Part shown: positions 25,001 to 40,000 of the stretch, piece after piece | Layout of the letters: each line of letters starts with the position of its first letter | Position numbering within the stretch: position 1 is the first letter of the stretch | Assembly: GCF_036365525.1 (NCBI RefSeq) | Contig: NC_090399.1 | Span: 66,520,862-66,584,861 of the forward strand | DNA from: Heterodontus francisci | Lineage: Eukaryota | DNA length: 64,000 nucleotides | Direction of reading: 5' to 3' | Translations under genes and position numbers: made by a program | The notes under the pieces: model-generated | Told to the model about the DNA's origin: nothing | Databases searched by the model: none | Seen by the model: only the letters and a program-made list of their open reading frames with translations

Positions 25001-28000
25001 TCCTGAGGTCTGGGGTCTGATCCCCAGTTTAAAGGGGTATGTACCATTCCTGAGGTCAGGTGTCTGATCCCCAGTTTAAAGGGATATGTGACGTTCCTTG
25101 GGGTCAGGGGACTGATCCCCAGTTTAAAGGGATATGTACCGTTCCTTGGGGTCAGGGGTCTTATCCCAAATTTAAAGGGGTATGTACCATTTCTGGGGTC
25201 AGGGGTCTGATCCCCAGTTTAAAGTGGTACGTACCATTCCTGGGGTCAGGTCTAATCCGCAGTTTAAAGGGGTATGTACCATTCCTGGGGTCAGGGGTCT
25301 GATCCCCAGTTTAAAGTGGTATGTACCATTCCTGCGGTCAGGTCTAATCCGCAGTTTAAAGGGATATGTACCATTCCAGAGGTCAGGGGTCTGATCCCCA
25401 GTTTAAAGGGGTATGTACCATTCCTGGGGTCAGGGGACTGATCCCAGTTTAACGGGATCTGTACTGCTCCCGGGGTCAGTGGTCTGATCCCCAGTTTAAA
25501 GGGATATGTACCATTCCCTGGGGTCAGGGGTCGAATCCCCAGTTTAAAGGGATATAGACCGTTCCTTGGGGTCAGGGGTCTGATCCCCAGTTTAAAGGGG
25601 TATGTACCATTCCTGCGGTCAGGGCTCTGATCCCCAGTTTAAAGGGGTATGTACCATTCCTGGGGTCAGGGGTCTAATCCTCAGTTTAAAGGGGTATGTA
25701 CCATTCCTTGGGGTCAGGGGACCGATCCCCAATTTAAAGGGATATGTACCATTCCTGGGGTAAGGGGTCTAATCCCCAGTTTAAAGGGATATGTACCATT
25801 TCCCGAGGTCAGGGGTCTAATCCTCAGTTTAAAGGGATATGTACCATTCCTGGGGTCAGGGGTCTGATCCCCAGTTTAAAGGGATATGTACCATTTCCCG
25901 AGGTCAGGGGTCTAATCCTCAGTTTAAAGGGATATGTACCATTCCTGGGGTCAGGGGTCTGATCCCCAGTTTAAAGGGGTATGTACCATTCCCTGGGGTC
26001 AGGGGTCTGATCCCCAGTTTAAAGGGATATGTACCGATCCTTGGGGTCAGGGGTCTAATCCCCAGTTTAAAGGGATGTGTACCATTTCCTGAGGTCAGGG
26101 GTCTAATCCCCAGTTTAAAGGGATATGTACCATTTCCTGAGGTCAGGAGTCTGATCCCCAGTTTAAAGGGGTATGTACCTTTTCCTGAGGTCAGGAGTCT
26201 GATCCCCAGTTTAAAGGGGTATGTACCTTTCCTGAGGTCAGGTGTCTGATCCCCAGTTTAAAGGGATATGTAACGTTCCTTGGGGTCAGGGGACTGATCC
26301 CCAGTTTAAAGGGATATGTACCGTTCCTTGGGGTCAGGGGACTTATCCCAAATTTAAAGGGGTATGTACCATTTCTGGGGTCAGGGGTCTGATCCCCAGT
26401 TTAAAGTGGTACGTACCATTCCTGGGGTCAGGTCTAATCCGCAGTTTAAAGGGGTATGTACCATTCCTTTGGTCAGGGGTCTGATCCCCAGTTTAAAGTG
26501 GTATGTTACATTCCTGCGGTCAGGTCTAATCCGCAGTTTAAAGGGATATGTACCATTCCAGAGGTCAGGGGTCTAATCCCCAGTTTAAAGGGTATTGTAC
26601 CATTCTTGGGGTCAGGGGTCTGATCCCCAGTTTAAAGGGGTATGTACCATTCCTGAGGTCAGGTGTCTGATCCCCAGTTTAAAGGGATATGTAACGTTCC
26701 TTGGGGTCAGGGGACTGATCCCCAGTTTAAAGGGATATGTACCGTTACTTGGGGTCAGGGGTCTTATCCCAAATTTAAAGGGGTATGTATCATTTCTGGG
26801 GTCAGGGGTCTGATCCCCAGTTTAAAGGGGTATGTACCATTCCTGGGGTCAGGGGTCTAATCCTCAGTTTAAAGATGTATGTACCATTCCTTGGGGTCAG
26901 GGGACCGATCCCCAATTTAAAGGGATATGTACCATTCCTGGGGTAAGGGGTCTAATCCCCAGTTTAAAGGGATATGTACCATTTCCCGAGGTCAGGGGTC
27001 TATTCCTCAGTTTAAAGGGATATATACCATTCCTGGGGTCAGGGGTCTGATCCCCAGTTTAAAGGGGTATGTACCATTCCCTGGGGTCAGGGGTCTGATC
27101 CCCAGTTTAAAGGGATATGTACCGATCCTTGGGGTCAGGGGTCTAATCCCCAGTTTAAAGGGATGTGTACCATTTCCTGAGGTCAGGGGTCTAATCCCCA
27201 GTTTAAAGGGATATGTACCATTTCCTGAGGTCAGGAGTCTGATCCCCAGTTTAAAGGGGTATGTACCTTTCCTGAGGTCAGGTGTCTGATCCCCAGTTTA
27301 AAGGGATATGTAACGTTCCTTGGGGTCAGGGGACTGATCCCCAGTTTAAAGGGATATGTACCGTTCCTTGGGGTCAGGGGTCTTATCCCAAATTTAAAGG
27401 GGTATGTACCATTTCTGGGGTCAGGGGTCTGATCCCCAGTTTAAAGTGGTACGTACCATTCCTGGGGTCAGGTCTAATCCGCAGTTTAAAGGGGTATGTA
27501 CCATTCCTGGGGTCAGGGGTCTGATCCCCAGTTTAAAGGGGTATGTACCATTCCTGAGGTCAGGTGTCTGATCCCCAGTTTAAAGGGATATGTAACGTTC
27601 CTTGGGGTCAGGGGACTGATCCCCAGTTTAAAGGGATATGTACCGTTACTTGGGGTCAGGGGTCTTATCCCAAATTTAAAGGGGTATGTATCATTTCTGG
27701 GGTCAGGGGTCTGATCCCCAGTTTAAAGGGGTATGTACCATTCCTGGGGTCAGGTCTAATCCGCAGTTTAAAGGGGTATGTACCATTCCTGGGGTCAGGG
27801 GTCTGATCCCCAGTTTAAAGGGGTATGTACCATTTCTGCGGTCAGGTCTAATCCGCAGTTTAAAGGGATATGTACCATTCCAGAGGTCAGGGGTCTGATC
27901 CCCAGTTTCAAGGGTATGTTCCTTTCTTTGGGGTCAGGATCCGATCGCCAGCTTAAAGGGATATGTACCATTCCCTGGGGTCAGGGGTCTAATCCCCAGT

Positions 28001-31000
28001 TGAAAGGGATATGTACCATTCCCTGGGGTCAGGTGTCCAACCCCAGTTTAAAGGGATAGGTACCATTCCCTGGGGTCAGGGGTCTAATCCCTCATTTAAA
28101 GGGGTATGTACCATTCCCTGGGGTCAGGGGTCTAATCCCCAGTTTAAAGGGATAGGTACCATTCCCTGGGGTCAGGTGTCCAACCCCAGTTTAAAGGGAT
28201 AGGTACCATTCCCTGGGGTCAGGGGTCTAATCCCTCATTTAAAGGGGTATGTACCATTCCCTGGGGTCAGGGGTCTAATCCCCAGTTAAAAGGGATATGT
28301 ACCATTCCCTGGGGTCAGGTGTCTAACCCCAGTTTAAAGGGATATGTACCATTTCCCGAGGTCAGGGGTCTAATCCGCAGTTTAAAGGGGTATGTACCAT
28401 TCCTGGGGTCAGGTGTCTGATCCCAAATTTAAAGGGGTATGTACCATTTCTGGGGTCGGGGGTCTGATCCCCAGTTTAAAGGGGTATGTACCATTCCTGG
28501 TGTCAGGGGTCTAATCCGCAGTTTAAAGGGGTATGTACCATTCCTGGGGTCAGGGATCTGATCCCCAGTTTAAAGGGGTATGGACCATTCCTGAGGTCTG
28601 GGGTCTTATCCCCAGTTTAAAGGGGTATGTACCATTCCTGAGGTCAGGTGTCTGATCCCCAGTTTAAAGGGATATGTAACGTTCCTTGGGGTCAGGGGAC
28701 TGATCCCCAGTTTAAAGGGATATGTACCGTTCCTTGGGGTCAGGGGTCTTATCCCAAATTTAAAGGGGTATGTACCATTTCTGGGGTCAGGGGTCTGATC
28801 CCCAGTTTAAAGTGGTACGTACCATTCCTGGGGTCAGGTCTAATCCGCAGTTTAAAGGGGTATGTACCATTCCTGGGGTCAGGGGTCTGATCCCCAGTTT
28901 AAAGTGGTATGTACCATTCCTGCGGTCAGGTCTAATCCGCAGTTTAAAGGGATATGTACCATTCCAGAGGTCAGGGGTCTGATCCCCAGTTTAAAGGGGT
29001 ATGTACCATTCCTGGGGTCAGGGGACTGATCCCAGTTTAACGGGATCTGTACTGCTCCCGGGGTCAGTGGTCTGATCCCCAGTTTAAAGGGATATGTACC
29101 ATTCCCTGGGGTCAGGGGTCGAATCCCCAGTTTAAAGGGATATAGACCGTTCCTTGGGGTCAGGGGTCTGATCCCCAGTTTAAAGGGGTATGTACCATTC
29201 CTGCGGTCAGGGCTCTGATCCCCAGTTTAAAGGGGTATGTACCATTCCTGGGGTCAGGGGTCTAATCCTCAGTTTAAAGGGGTATGTACCATTCCTTGGG
29301 GTCAGGGGACCGATCCCCAATTTAAAGGGATATGTACCATTCCTGGGGTAAGGGGTCTAATCCCCAGTTTAAAGGGATATGTACCATTTCCCGAGGTCAG
29401 GGGTCTAATCCTCAGTTTAAAGGGATATGTACCATTCCTGGGGTCAGGGGTCTGATCCCCAGTTTAAAGGGGTATGTACCATTCCCTGGGGTCAGGGGTC
29501 TGATCCCCAGTTTAAAGGGATATGTACCGATCCTTGGGGTCAGGGGTCTAATCCCCAGTTTAAAGGGATGTGTACCATTTCCTGAGGTCAGGGGTCTAAT
29601 CCCCAGTTTAAAGGGATATGTACCATTTCCTGAGGTCAGGAGTCTGATCCCCAGTTTAAAGGGGTATGTACCTTTCCTGAGGTCAGGTGTCTGATCCCCA
29701 GTTTAAAGGGATATGTAACGTTCCTTGGGGTCAGGGGACTGATCCCCAGTTTAAAGGGATATGTACCGTTCCTTGGGGTCAGGGGTCTTATCCCAAATTT
29801 AAAGGGGTATGTACCATTTCTGGGGTCAGGGGTCTGATCCCCAGTTTAAAGTGGTACGTACCATTCCTGGGGTCAGGTCTAATCCGCAGTTTAAAGGGGT
29901 ATGTACCATTCCTGGGGTCAGGGGTCTGATCCCCAGTTTAAAGTGGTATGTTACATTCCTGCGGTCAGGTCTAATCCGCAGTTTAAAGGGATATGTACCA
30001 TTCCAGAGGTCAGGGGTCTAATCCCCAGTTTAAAGGGGTATGTACCATTCTTGGGGTCAGGGGTCTGATCCCCAGTTTAAAGGGGTATGTACCATTCCTG
30101 AGGTCAGGTGTCTGATCCCCAGTTTAAAGGGATATGTAACGTTCCTTGGGGTCAGGGGACTGATCCCCAGTTTAAAGGGATATGTACCGTTACTTGGGGT
30201 CAGGGGTCTTATCCCAAATTTAAAGGGGTATGTATCATTCCTGGGGTCAGGGGTCTGATCCCCAGTTTAAAGGGGTATGTACCATTTCTGCGGTCAGGTC
30301 TAATCCGCAGTTTAAAGGGATATGTACCATTCCAGAGGTCAGGGGTCTGATCCCCAGTTTCAAGGGTATGTTCCTTTCTTTGGGGTCAGGATCCGATCGC
30401 CAGTTTAAAGGGATATGTACCATTCCCTGGGGTCAGGGGTCTAATCCCCAGTTGAAAGGGATATGTACCATTCCCTGGGGTCAGGTGTCCAACCCCAGTT
30501 TAAAGGGATAGGTACCATTCCCTGGGGTCAGGGGTCTTATCCCTCATTTAAAGGGGTATGTACCATTCCCTGGGGTCAGGGGTCTAATCCCCAGTTTAAA
30601 GGGATAGGTACCATTCCCTGGGGTCAGGTGTCCAACCCCAGTTTAAAGGGATAGGTACCATTCCCTGGGGTCAGGGGTCTAATCCCTCATTTAAAGGGGT
30701 ATGTACCATTCCCTGGGGTCAGGGGTCTAATCCCCAGTTAAAAGGGATATGTACCATTCCCTGGGGTCAGGTGTCTAACCCCAGTTTAAAGGGATATGTA
30801 CCATTTCCCGAGGTCAGGGGTCTAATCCGCAGTTTAAAGGGGTATGTACCATTCCTGGGGTCAGGTGTCTGATCCCAAATTTAAAGGGGTATGTACCATT
30901 TCTGGGGTCGGGGGTCTGATCCCCAGTTTAAAGGGGTATGTACCATTCCTGGTGTCAGGGGTCTAATCCGCAGTTTAAAGGGGTATGTACCATTCCTGGG

Positions 31001-34000
31001 GTCAGGGATCTGATCCCCAGTTTAAAGGGGTATGGACCATTCCTGAGGTCTGGGGTCTGATCCCCAGTTTAAAGGGATATGTACCGATCCTTGGGGTCAG
31101 GGGTCTAATCCCCAGTTTAAAGGGATATGTACCATTTCCTGAGGTCAGGGGTCTAATCCCCAGTTTAAAGGGATATGTACCATTTCCCGAGGTCAGGGGT
31201 CTGATCCCCAGTTTAAAGGGGTATGTACCATTCCTGAGGTCAGGTGTCTGATCCCCAGTTTAAAGGGATATGTAACGTTCCTTGGGGTCAGGGGACTGAT
31301 CCCCAGTTTAAAGGGATATGTACCGTTCCTTGGGGTCAGGGGTCTTATCCCAAATTTAAAGGGGTATGTACCATTTCTGGGGTCAGGGGTCTGATCCCCA
31401 GTTTAAAGTGGTAAGTACCATTCCTGGGGTCAGGTCTAATCCGCAGTTTAAAGGGGTATGTACCATTCCTGGGGTCAGGGGTCTGATCCCCAGTTTAAAG
31501 TGGTATGTACCATTCCTGCGGTCAGGTCTAATCCGCAGTTTAAAGGGATATGTACCATTCCAGAGGTCAGGGGTCTGATCCCCAGTTTAAAGGGGTATGT
31601 ACCATTCCTGGGGTCAGGGGACTGATCCCAGTTTAACGGGATCTGTACTGCTCCCGGGGTCAGTGGTCTGATCCCCAGTTTAAAGGGATATGTACCATTC
31701 CCTGGGGTCAGGGGTCGAATCCCCAGTTTAAAGGGATATAGACCGTTCCTTGGGGTCAGGGGTCTGATCCCCAGTTTAAAGGGGTATGTACCATTCCTGC
31801 GGTCAGGGCTCTGATCCCCAGTTTAAAGGGGTATGTACCATTCCTGGGGTCAGGGGTCTAATCCTCAGTTTAAAGGGGTATGTACCATTCCTTGGGGTCA
31901 GGGGACCGATCCCCAATTTAAAGGGATATGTACCATTCCTGGGGTAAGGGGTCTAATCCCCAGTTTAAAGGGATATGTACCATTTCCCGAGGTCAGGGGT
32001 CTAATCCTCAGTTTAAAGGGATATGTACCATTCCTGGGGTCAGGGGTCTGATCCCCAGTTTAAAGGGGTATGTACCATTCCCTGGGGTCAGGGGTCTGAT
32101 CCCCAGTTTAAAGGGATATGTACCGATCCTTGGGGTCAGGGGTCTAATCCCCAGTTTAAAGGGATGTGTACCATTTCCTGAGGTCAGGGGTCTAATCCCC
32201 AGTTTAAAGGGATATGTACCATTTCCTGAGGTCAGGAGTCTGATCCCCAGTTTAAAGGGGTATGTACCTTTCCTGAGGTCAGGTGTCTGATCCCCAGTTT
32301 AAAGGGATATGTAACGTTCCTTGGGGTCAGGGGACTGATCCCCAGTTTAAAGGGATATGTACCGTTCCTTGGGGTCAGGGGTCTTATCCCAAATTTAAAG
32401 GGGTATGTACCATTTCTGGGGTCAGGGGTCTGATCCCCAGTTTAAAGTGGTACGTACCATTCCTGGGGTCAGGTCTAATCCGCAGTTTAAAGGGGTATGT
32501 ACCATTCCTGGGGTCAGGGGTCTGATCCCCAGTTTAAAGTGGTATGTTACATTCCTGCGGTCAGGTCTAATCCGCAGTTTAAAGGGATATGTACCATTCC
32601 AGAGGTCAGGGGTCTAATCCCCAGTTTAAAGGGGTATGTACCATTCTTGGGGTCAGGGGTCTGATCCCCAGTTTAAAGGGGTATGTACCATTCCTGAGGT
32701 CAGGTGTCTGATCCCCAGTTTAAAGGGATATGTAACGTTCCTTGGGGTCAGGGGACTGATCCCCAGTTTAAAGGGATATGTACCGTTACTTGGGGTCAGG
32801 GGTCTTATCCCAAATTTAAAGGGGTATGTATCATTCCTGGGGTCAGGGGTCTGATCCCCAGTTTAAAGGGGTATGTACCATTTCTGCGGTCAGGTCTAAT
32901 CCGCAGTTTAAAGGGATATGTACCATTCCAGAGGTCAGGGGTCTGATCCCCAGTTTCAAGGGTATGTTCCTTTCTTTGGGGTCAGGATCCGATCGCCAGT
33001 TTAAAGGGATATGTACCATTCCCTGGGGTCAGGGGTCTAATCCCCAGTTGAAAGGGATATGTACCATTCCCTGGGGTCAGGTGTCCAACCCCAGTTTAAA
33101 GGGATAGGTACCATTCCCTGGGGTCAGGGGTCTAATCCCTCATTTAAAGGGGTATGTACCATTCCCTGGGGTCAGGGGTCTAATCCCCAGTTTAAAGGGA
33201 TAGGTACCATTCCCTGGGGTCAGGTGTCCAACCCCAGTTTAAAGGGATAGGTACCATTCCCTGGGGTCAGGGGTCTAATCCCTCATTTAAAGGGGTATGT
33301 ACCATTCCCTGGGGTCAGGGGTCTAATCCCCAGTTAAAAGGGATATGTACCATTCCCTGGGGTCAGGTGTCTAACCCCAGTTTAAAGGGATATGTACCAT
33401 TTCCCGAGGTCAGGGGTCTAATCCGCAGTTTAAAGGGGTATGTACCATTCCTGGGGTCAGGTGTCTGATCCCAAATTTAAAGGGGTATGTACCATTTCTG
33501 GGGTCGGGGGTCTGATCCCCAGTTTAAAGGGGTATGTACCATTCCTGGTGTCAGGGGTCTAATCCGCAGTTTAAAGGGGTATGTACCATTCCTGGGGTCA
33601 GGGATCTGATCCCCAGTTTAAAGGGGTATGGACCATTCCTGAGGTCTGGGGTCTGATCCCCAGTTTAAAGGGATATGTACCGATCCTTGGGGTCAGGGGT
33701 CTAATCCCCAGTTTAAAGGGATATGTACCATTTCCTGAGGTCAGGGGTCTAATCCCCAGTTTAAAGGGATATGTACCATTTCCCGAGGTCAGGGGTCTGA
33801 TCCCCAGTTTAAAGGGGTATGTACCATTCCTGAGGTCAGGTGTCTGATCCCCAGTTTAAAGGGATATGTAACGTTCCTTGGGGTCAGGGGACTGATCCCC
33901 AGTTTAAAGGGATATGTACCGTTCCTTGGGGTCAGGGGTCTTATCCCAAATTTAAAGGGGTATGTACCATTTCTGGGGTCAGGGGTCTGATCCCCAGTTT

Positions 34001-37000
34001 AAAGTGGTACGTACCATTCCTGGGGTCAGGTCTAATCCGCAGTTTAAAGGGGTATGTACCATTCCTGGGGTCAGGGGTCTGATCCCCAGTTTAAAGTGGT
34101 ATGTACCATTCCTGCGGTCAGGTCTAATCCGCAGTTTAAAGGGATATGTACCATTCCAGAGGTCAGGGGTCTGATCCCCAGTTTAAAGGGGTATGTACCA
34201 TTCCTGGGGTCAGGGGACTGATCCCAGTTTAACGGGATCTGTACTGCTCCCGGGGTCAGTGGTCTGATCCCCAGTTTAAAGGGTATGTTCCGTTCTTTGG
34301 GGTCTGGGTCCGCTCGCCAGTTTAAAGGGATATGTACCATTCCCTGGGGTCAGGGGTCTAATCCCTCATTTAAAGAGATATGTACCATTTCCTGGGGTCA
34401 GGAATCTAATCCGCAGTTGAAAGGGATATGTATCATTCCTGGGGTCAGGGCTCTGATCTCCAGTTTAAAGGGGTATGTACCATTCCCTGGGGTCAGGGCT
34501 CTGATCCCCAGTTTAAAGGGTATGTACCATTCCCTGGGGTCAGGTGCCAACCCCAGTTTAAAGGGATATGTACCATTCCCTGGGGTCAGGGCTCTGATCT
34601 CCAGTTTAAAGGGATATGTACCGTTCTTTGGGGTCAGGGGTCTGATCCGAAGTTTAAAGGGGTATGTACCATTCCTGGGGTCAGGTGTCTGATCCCAAAT
34701 TTAAAGGGGTATGTACCATTCCTGGGGTCAGGGGTCTAATCCCCAGTTTAAAGGGGTATGTACCATTCCCTGGGGTCAGGGGTCTAATCCCCAGTTGAAA
34801 GGGATATGTACCATTCCCTGGGGTCAGGTGTCTAACCCCAGTTTAAAGGGATATGTACCATTCCCTGGGGTCAGGTGTCCAACCCCAGTTTAAAGGGATA
34901 TGTACCGTTCCTTGGGGTCAGGGGTCTGATCCCCAGTATAAAGGGGTATGTACCATTTCTGGGGTCGGGGGTCTGATCCCCAGTTTAAAGGGGTATGTAC
35001 CATTCCTGGTGTCAGGGGTCTAATCCGCAGTTTAAAGGGGTATGTACCATTCCTGGGGTCAGGGATCTGATCCCCAGTTTAAAGGGGTATGGACCATTCC
35101 TGAGGTCAGGGGTCTGATCCCCAGTTTAAAGGGATATGTACCGATCCTTGGGGTCAGGGGTCTAATCCCCAGTTTAAAGGGATATGTACCATTTCCTGAG
35201 GTCAGGGGTCTAATCCCCAGTTTAAAGGGATATGTACCATTTCCCAAGGTCAGGGGTCTGATCCCCAGTTTAAAGGGGTATGTACCATTCCTGAGGTCAG
35301 GTGTCTGATCCCCAGTTTAAAGGGATATGTAACGTTCCTTGGGGTCAGGGGACTGATCCCCAGTTTAAAGGGATATGTACCGTTCCTTGGGGTCAGGGGT
35401 CTTATCCCAAATTTAAAGGGGTATGTACCATTTCTGGGGTCAGGGGTCTGATCCCCAGTTTAAAGTGGTACGTACCATTCCTGGGGTCAGGTCTAATCCG
35501 CAGTTTAAAGGGGTATGTACCATTCCTGGGGTCAGGGGTCTGATACCCAGTTTAAAGTGGTATGTACCATTCCTGCGGGTCAGGTCTAATCCGCAGTTTA
35601 AAGGGATATGTACCATTCCAGAGGTCAGGGGTCTGATCCCCAGTTTAAAGGGGTATGTACCATTCCTGGGGTCAGGGGACTGATCCCAGTTTAACGGGAT
35701 CTGTACTGCTCCCGGGGTCAGTGGTCTGATCCCCAGTTTAAAGGGTATGTTCCGTTCTTTGGGGTCTGGGTCCGCTCGCCAGTTTAAAGGGATATGTACC
35801 ATTCCCTGGGGTCAGGGGTCTAATCCCTCATTTAAAGGGATATGTACCATTTCCTGGGGTCAGGAATCTAATCCGCAGTTGAAAGGGATATGTATCATTC
35901 CTGGGGTCAGGGCTCTGATCTCCAGTTTAAAGGGGTATGTACCATTCCCTGGGGTCAGGGCTCTGATCTCCAGTTGAAAGGGATATGTACCGTTCTTTGG
36001 GGTCAGGGGTCTGATCCGAAGTTTAAAGGGGTATGTACCATTCCTTGGGGTCAGGGGTCTGATCCCCAGTTTAAAGGGATATGTACCGATCCTTGGGGTC
36101 AGGGGTCTAATCCCCAGTTTAAAGGGATATGTACCATTCCTGGTTTCAGGTGTCTGATCCCAAATTTAAAGGAGTATGTACCATTCCTGGGGCCAGGGGT
36201 CTAATCCCCAGTTTAAAGGGGTATGTACCATTCTTGGGGTCAGGGGTCTGATCCCCAGTTTAAAGGGGTATGTACCATTCCTGAGGTCAGGTGTCTGATC
36301 CCCAGTTTAAAGGGATATGTAACGTTCCTTGGGGTCAGGGGACTGATCCCCAGTTTAAAGGGATATGTACCGTTACTTGGGGTCAGGGGTCTTATCCCAA
36401 ATTTAAAGGGGTATGTATCATTTCTGGGGTCAGGGGTCTGATCCCCAGTTTAAAGGGGTATGTACCATTCCTGGGGTCAGGTCTAATCCGCAGTTTAAAG
36501 GGGTATGTACCATTGCTGGGGTCAGGGGTCTGATCCCCAGTTTAAAGGGGTATGTACCATTCCTGCGGTCAGGTCTAATCCGCAGTTTAAAGGGATATGT
36601 ACCATTCCAGAGGTCAGGGCTCTGATCCCCAGTTTCAAGGGTATGTTCCGTTCTTTGGGGTCAGGATCCGATCGCCAGTTTAAAGGGATATGTACCATTC
36701 CCTGGGGTCAGGGGTCTAATCCCCAGTTGAAAGGGATATGTACCATTCCTAGGGGTCAGGTGTCTAACCCCAGTTTAAAGGGATATGTAACATTCCCCGG
36801 GGTCAGGGGTCTAATCCCTCATTTAAAGGGGTATGTACAATTCCCTGGGGTCAGGGGTCTAATCCCCAGTTGAAAGGGATATGTACCATTCCCTGGGGTC
36901 AGGTGTGTAACCCCAGTTTAAAGGGATAGGTACCATTCCCTGGGGTCAGATGTCTAACCCCAGTTTAAAGGGATATATACCATTTCCCGAGGTCAGGGGT

Positions 37001-40000
37001 CTAATCCGCAGTTTAAAGGGGTATGTACCATTCCTGGGGTCAGGTGTCTGATCCCAAATTTAAAGGGGTATGTACCATTCCTGGGGTCAGGGGTCTAATC
37101 CCCAGTTTAAAGGGGTATGTACCATTCCCTGGGGTCAGGGGTCTAATCCCCAGTTGAAAGGGATATGTACCATTCCCTGGGGTCAGGTGTCTAACCCCAG
37201 TTTAAAGGGATATGTACCATTCCCTGGGGTCAGGTGTCCAACCCCAGTTTAAAGGGATATGTACCGTTCCTTGGGGTCAGGGGTCTGATCCCCAGTATAA
37301 AGGGGTATGTACCATTTCTGGGGTCGGGGGTCTGATCCCCAGTTTAAAGGGGTATGTACCATTCCTGGTGTCAGGGGTCTAATCCGCAGTTTAAAGGGGT
37401 ATGTACCATTCCTGGGGTCAGGGATCTGATCCCCAGTTTAAAGGGGTATGGACCATTCCTGAGGTCAGGGGTCTGATCCCCAGTTTAAAGGGATATGTAC
37501 CGATCCTTGGGGTCAGGGGTCTAATCCCCAGTTTAAAGGGATATGTACCATTTCCTGAGGTCAGGGGTCTAATCCCCAGTTTAAAGGGATATGTACCATT
37601 TCCCGAGGTCAGGGGTCTGATCCCCAGTTTAAAGGGGTATGTACCATTCCTGAGGTCAGGTGTCTGATCCCCAGTTTAAAGGGATATGTAACGTTCCTTG
37701 GGGTCAGGGGACTGATCCCCAGTTTAAAGGGATATGTACCGTTCCTTGGGGTCAGGGGTCTTCTCCCAAATTTAAAGGGGTATGTACCATTTCTGGGGTC
37801 AGGGGTCTGATCCCCAGTTTAAAGTGGTACGTACCATTCCTGGGGTCAGGTCTAATCCGCAGTTTAAAGGGGTATGTACCATTCCTGGTGTCAGGTGTCT
37901 AATCCGCAGTTTAAAGGGGTATGTACCATTCCTGGGGTCAGGGATCTGATCCCCAGTTTAAAGGGGTATGGACCATTCCTGAGGTCAGGGGTCTGATCCC
38001 CAGTTTAAAGGGATATGTACCGATCCTTGGGGTCAGGGGTCTAATCCCCAGTTTAAAGGGATATGTACCATTTCCTGAGGTCAGGGGTCTAATCCCCAGT
38101 TTAAAGGGATATGTACCATTTCCCGAGGTCAGGGGTCTGATCCCCAGTTTAAAGGGGTATGTACCATTCCTGAGGTCAGGTGTCTGATCCCCAGTTTAAA
38201 GGGATATGTAACGTTCCTTGGGGTCAGGGGACTGATCCCCAGTTTAAAGGGATATGTACCGTTCCTTGGGGTCAGGGGTCTGATCCCCAGTATAAAGGGG
38301 TATGTACCATTTCTGGGGTCGGGGGTCTGATCCCCAGTTTAAAGGGGTATGTACCATTCCTGGTGTCAGGGGTCTAATCCGCAGTTTAAAGGGGTATGTA
38401 CCATTCCTGGGGTCAGGGATCTGATCCCCAGTTTAAAGGGGTATGGACCATTCCTGAGGTCAGGGGTCTGATCCCCAGTTTAAAGGGATATGTACCATTT
38501 CCTGAGGTCAGGGGTCTAATCCCCAGTTTAAAGGGATATGTACCATTTCCCGAGGTCAGGGGTCTGATCCCCAGTTTAAAGGGGTATGTACCATTCCTGA
38601 GGTCAGGTGTCTGATCCCCAGTTTAAAGGGATATGTAACGTTCCTTGGGGTCAGGGGACTGATCCCCAGTTTAAAGGGATATGTACCGATCCTTGGGGTC
38701 AGGGGTCTAATCCCAAATTTAAAGGGGTATGTACCATTTCTGGGGTCAGGGGTCTGATCCCCAGTTTAAAGTGGTACGTACCATTCCTGGGGTCAGGTCT
38801 AATCCGCAGTTTAAAGGGGTATGTACCATTCCTGGGGTCAGGGGTCTGATCCCCAGTTTAAAGTGGTATGTACCATTCCTGCGGTCAGGTCTAATCCGCA
38901 GTTTAAAGGGATATGTACCATTCCAGAGGTCAGGGGTCTGATCCCCAGTTTAAAGTGGTACGTACCATTCCTGGGGTCAGGTCTAATCCGCAGTTTAAAG
39001 GGGTATGTAGCATTCCTGGGGTCAGGGGTCTGATCCCCAGTTTAAAGTGGTATGTACCATTCCTGCGGTCAGGTCTAATCCGCAGTTTAAAGGGATATGT
39101 ACCATTCCAGAGGTCAGGGGTCTGATCCCCAGTTTAAAGGGGTATGTACCATTCCTGGGGTCAGGGGACTGATCCCAGTTTAACGGGATCTGTACTGCTC
39201 CCGGAGTCAGTGGTCTGATCCCCAGTTTAAAGGGTATGTTCCGTTCTTTGGGGTCTGGGTCCGCTCGCCAGTTTAAAGGGATATGTACCATTCCCTGGGG
39301 TCAGGGGTCTAATCCCTCATTTAAAGGGATATGTACCATTTCCTGGGGTCAGGAATCTAATCCGCAGTTGAAAGGGATATGTATCATTCCTGGGGTCAGG
39401 GCTCTGATCTCCAGTTTAAAGGGGTATGTACCATTCCCTGGGGTCAGGGCTCTGATCTCCAGTTGAAAGGGATATGTACCGTTCTTTGGGGTCAGGGGTC
39501 TGATCCGAAGTTTAAAGGGGTATGTACCATTCCTTGGGGTCAGGGGTCTGATCCCCAGTTTAAAGGGATATGTACCGATCCTTGGGGTCAGGGGTCTAAT
39601 CCCCAGTTTAAAGGGATATGTACCATTCCTGGTGTCAGGTGTCTGATCCCAAATTTAAAGGAGTATGTACCATTCCTGGGGCCAGGGGTCTAATCCCCAG
39701 TTTAAAGGGGTATGTACCATTCTTGGGGTCAGGGGTCTGATCCCCAGTTTAAAGGGGTATGTACCATTCCTGAGGTCAGGTGTCTGATCCCCAGTTTAAA
39801 GGGATATGTAACGTTCCTTGGGGTCAGGGGACTGATCCCCAGTTTAAAGGGATATGTACCGTTACTTGGGGTCAGGGGTCTTATCCCAAATTTAAAGGGG
39901 TATGTATCATTTCTGGGGTCAGGGGTCTGATCCCCAGTTTAAAGGGGTATGTACCATTCCCGGGGTCAGGTCTAATCCGCAGTTTAAAGGGGTATGTACC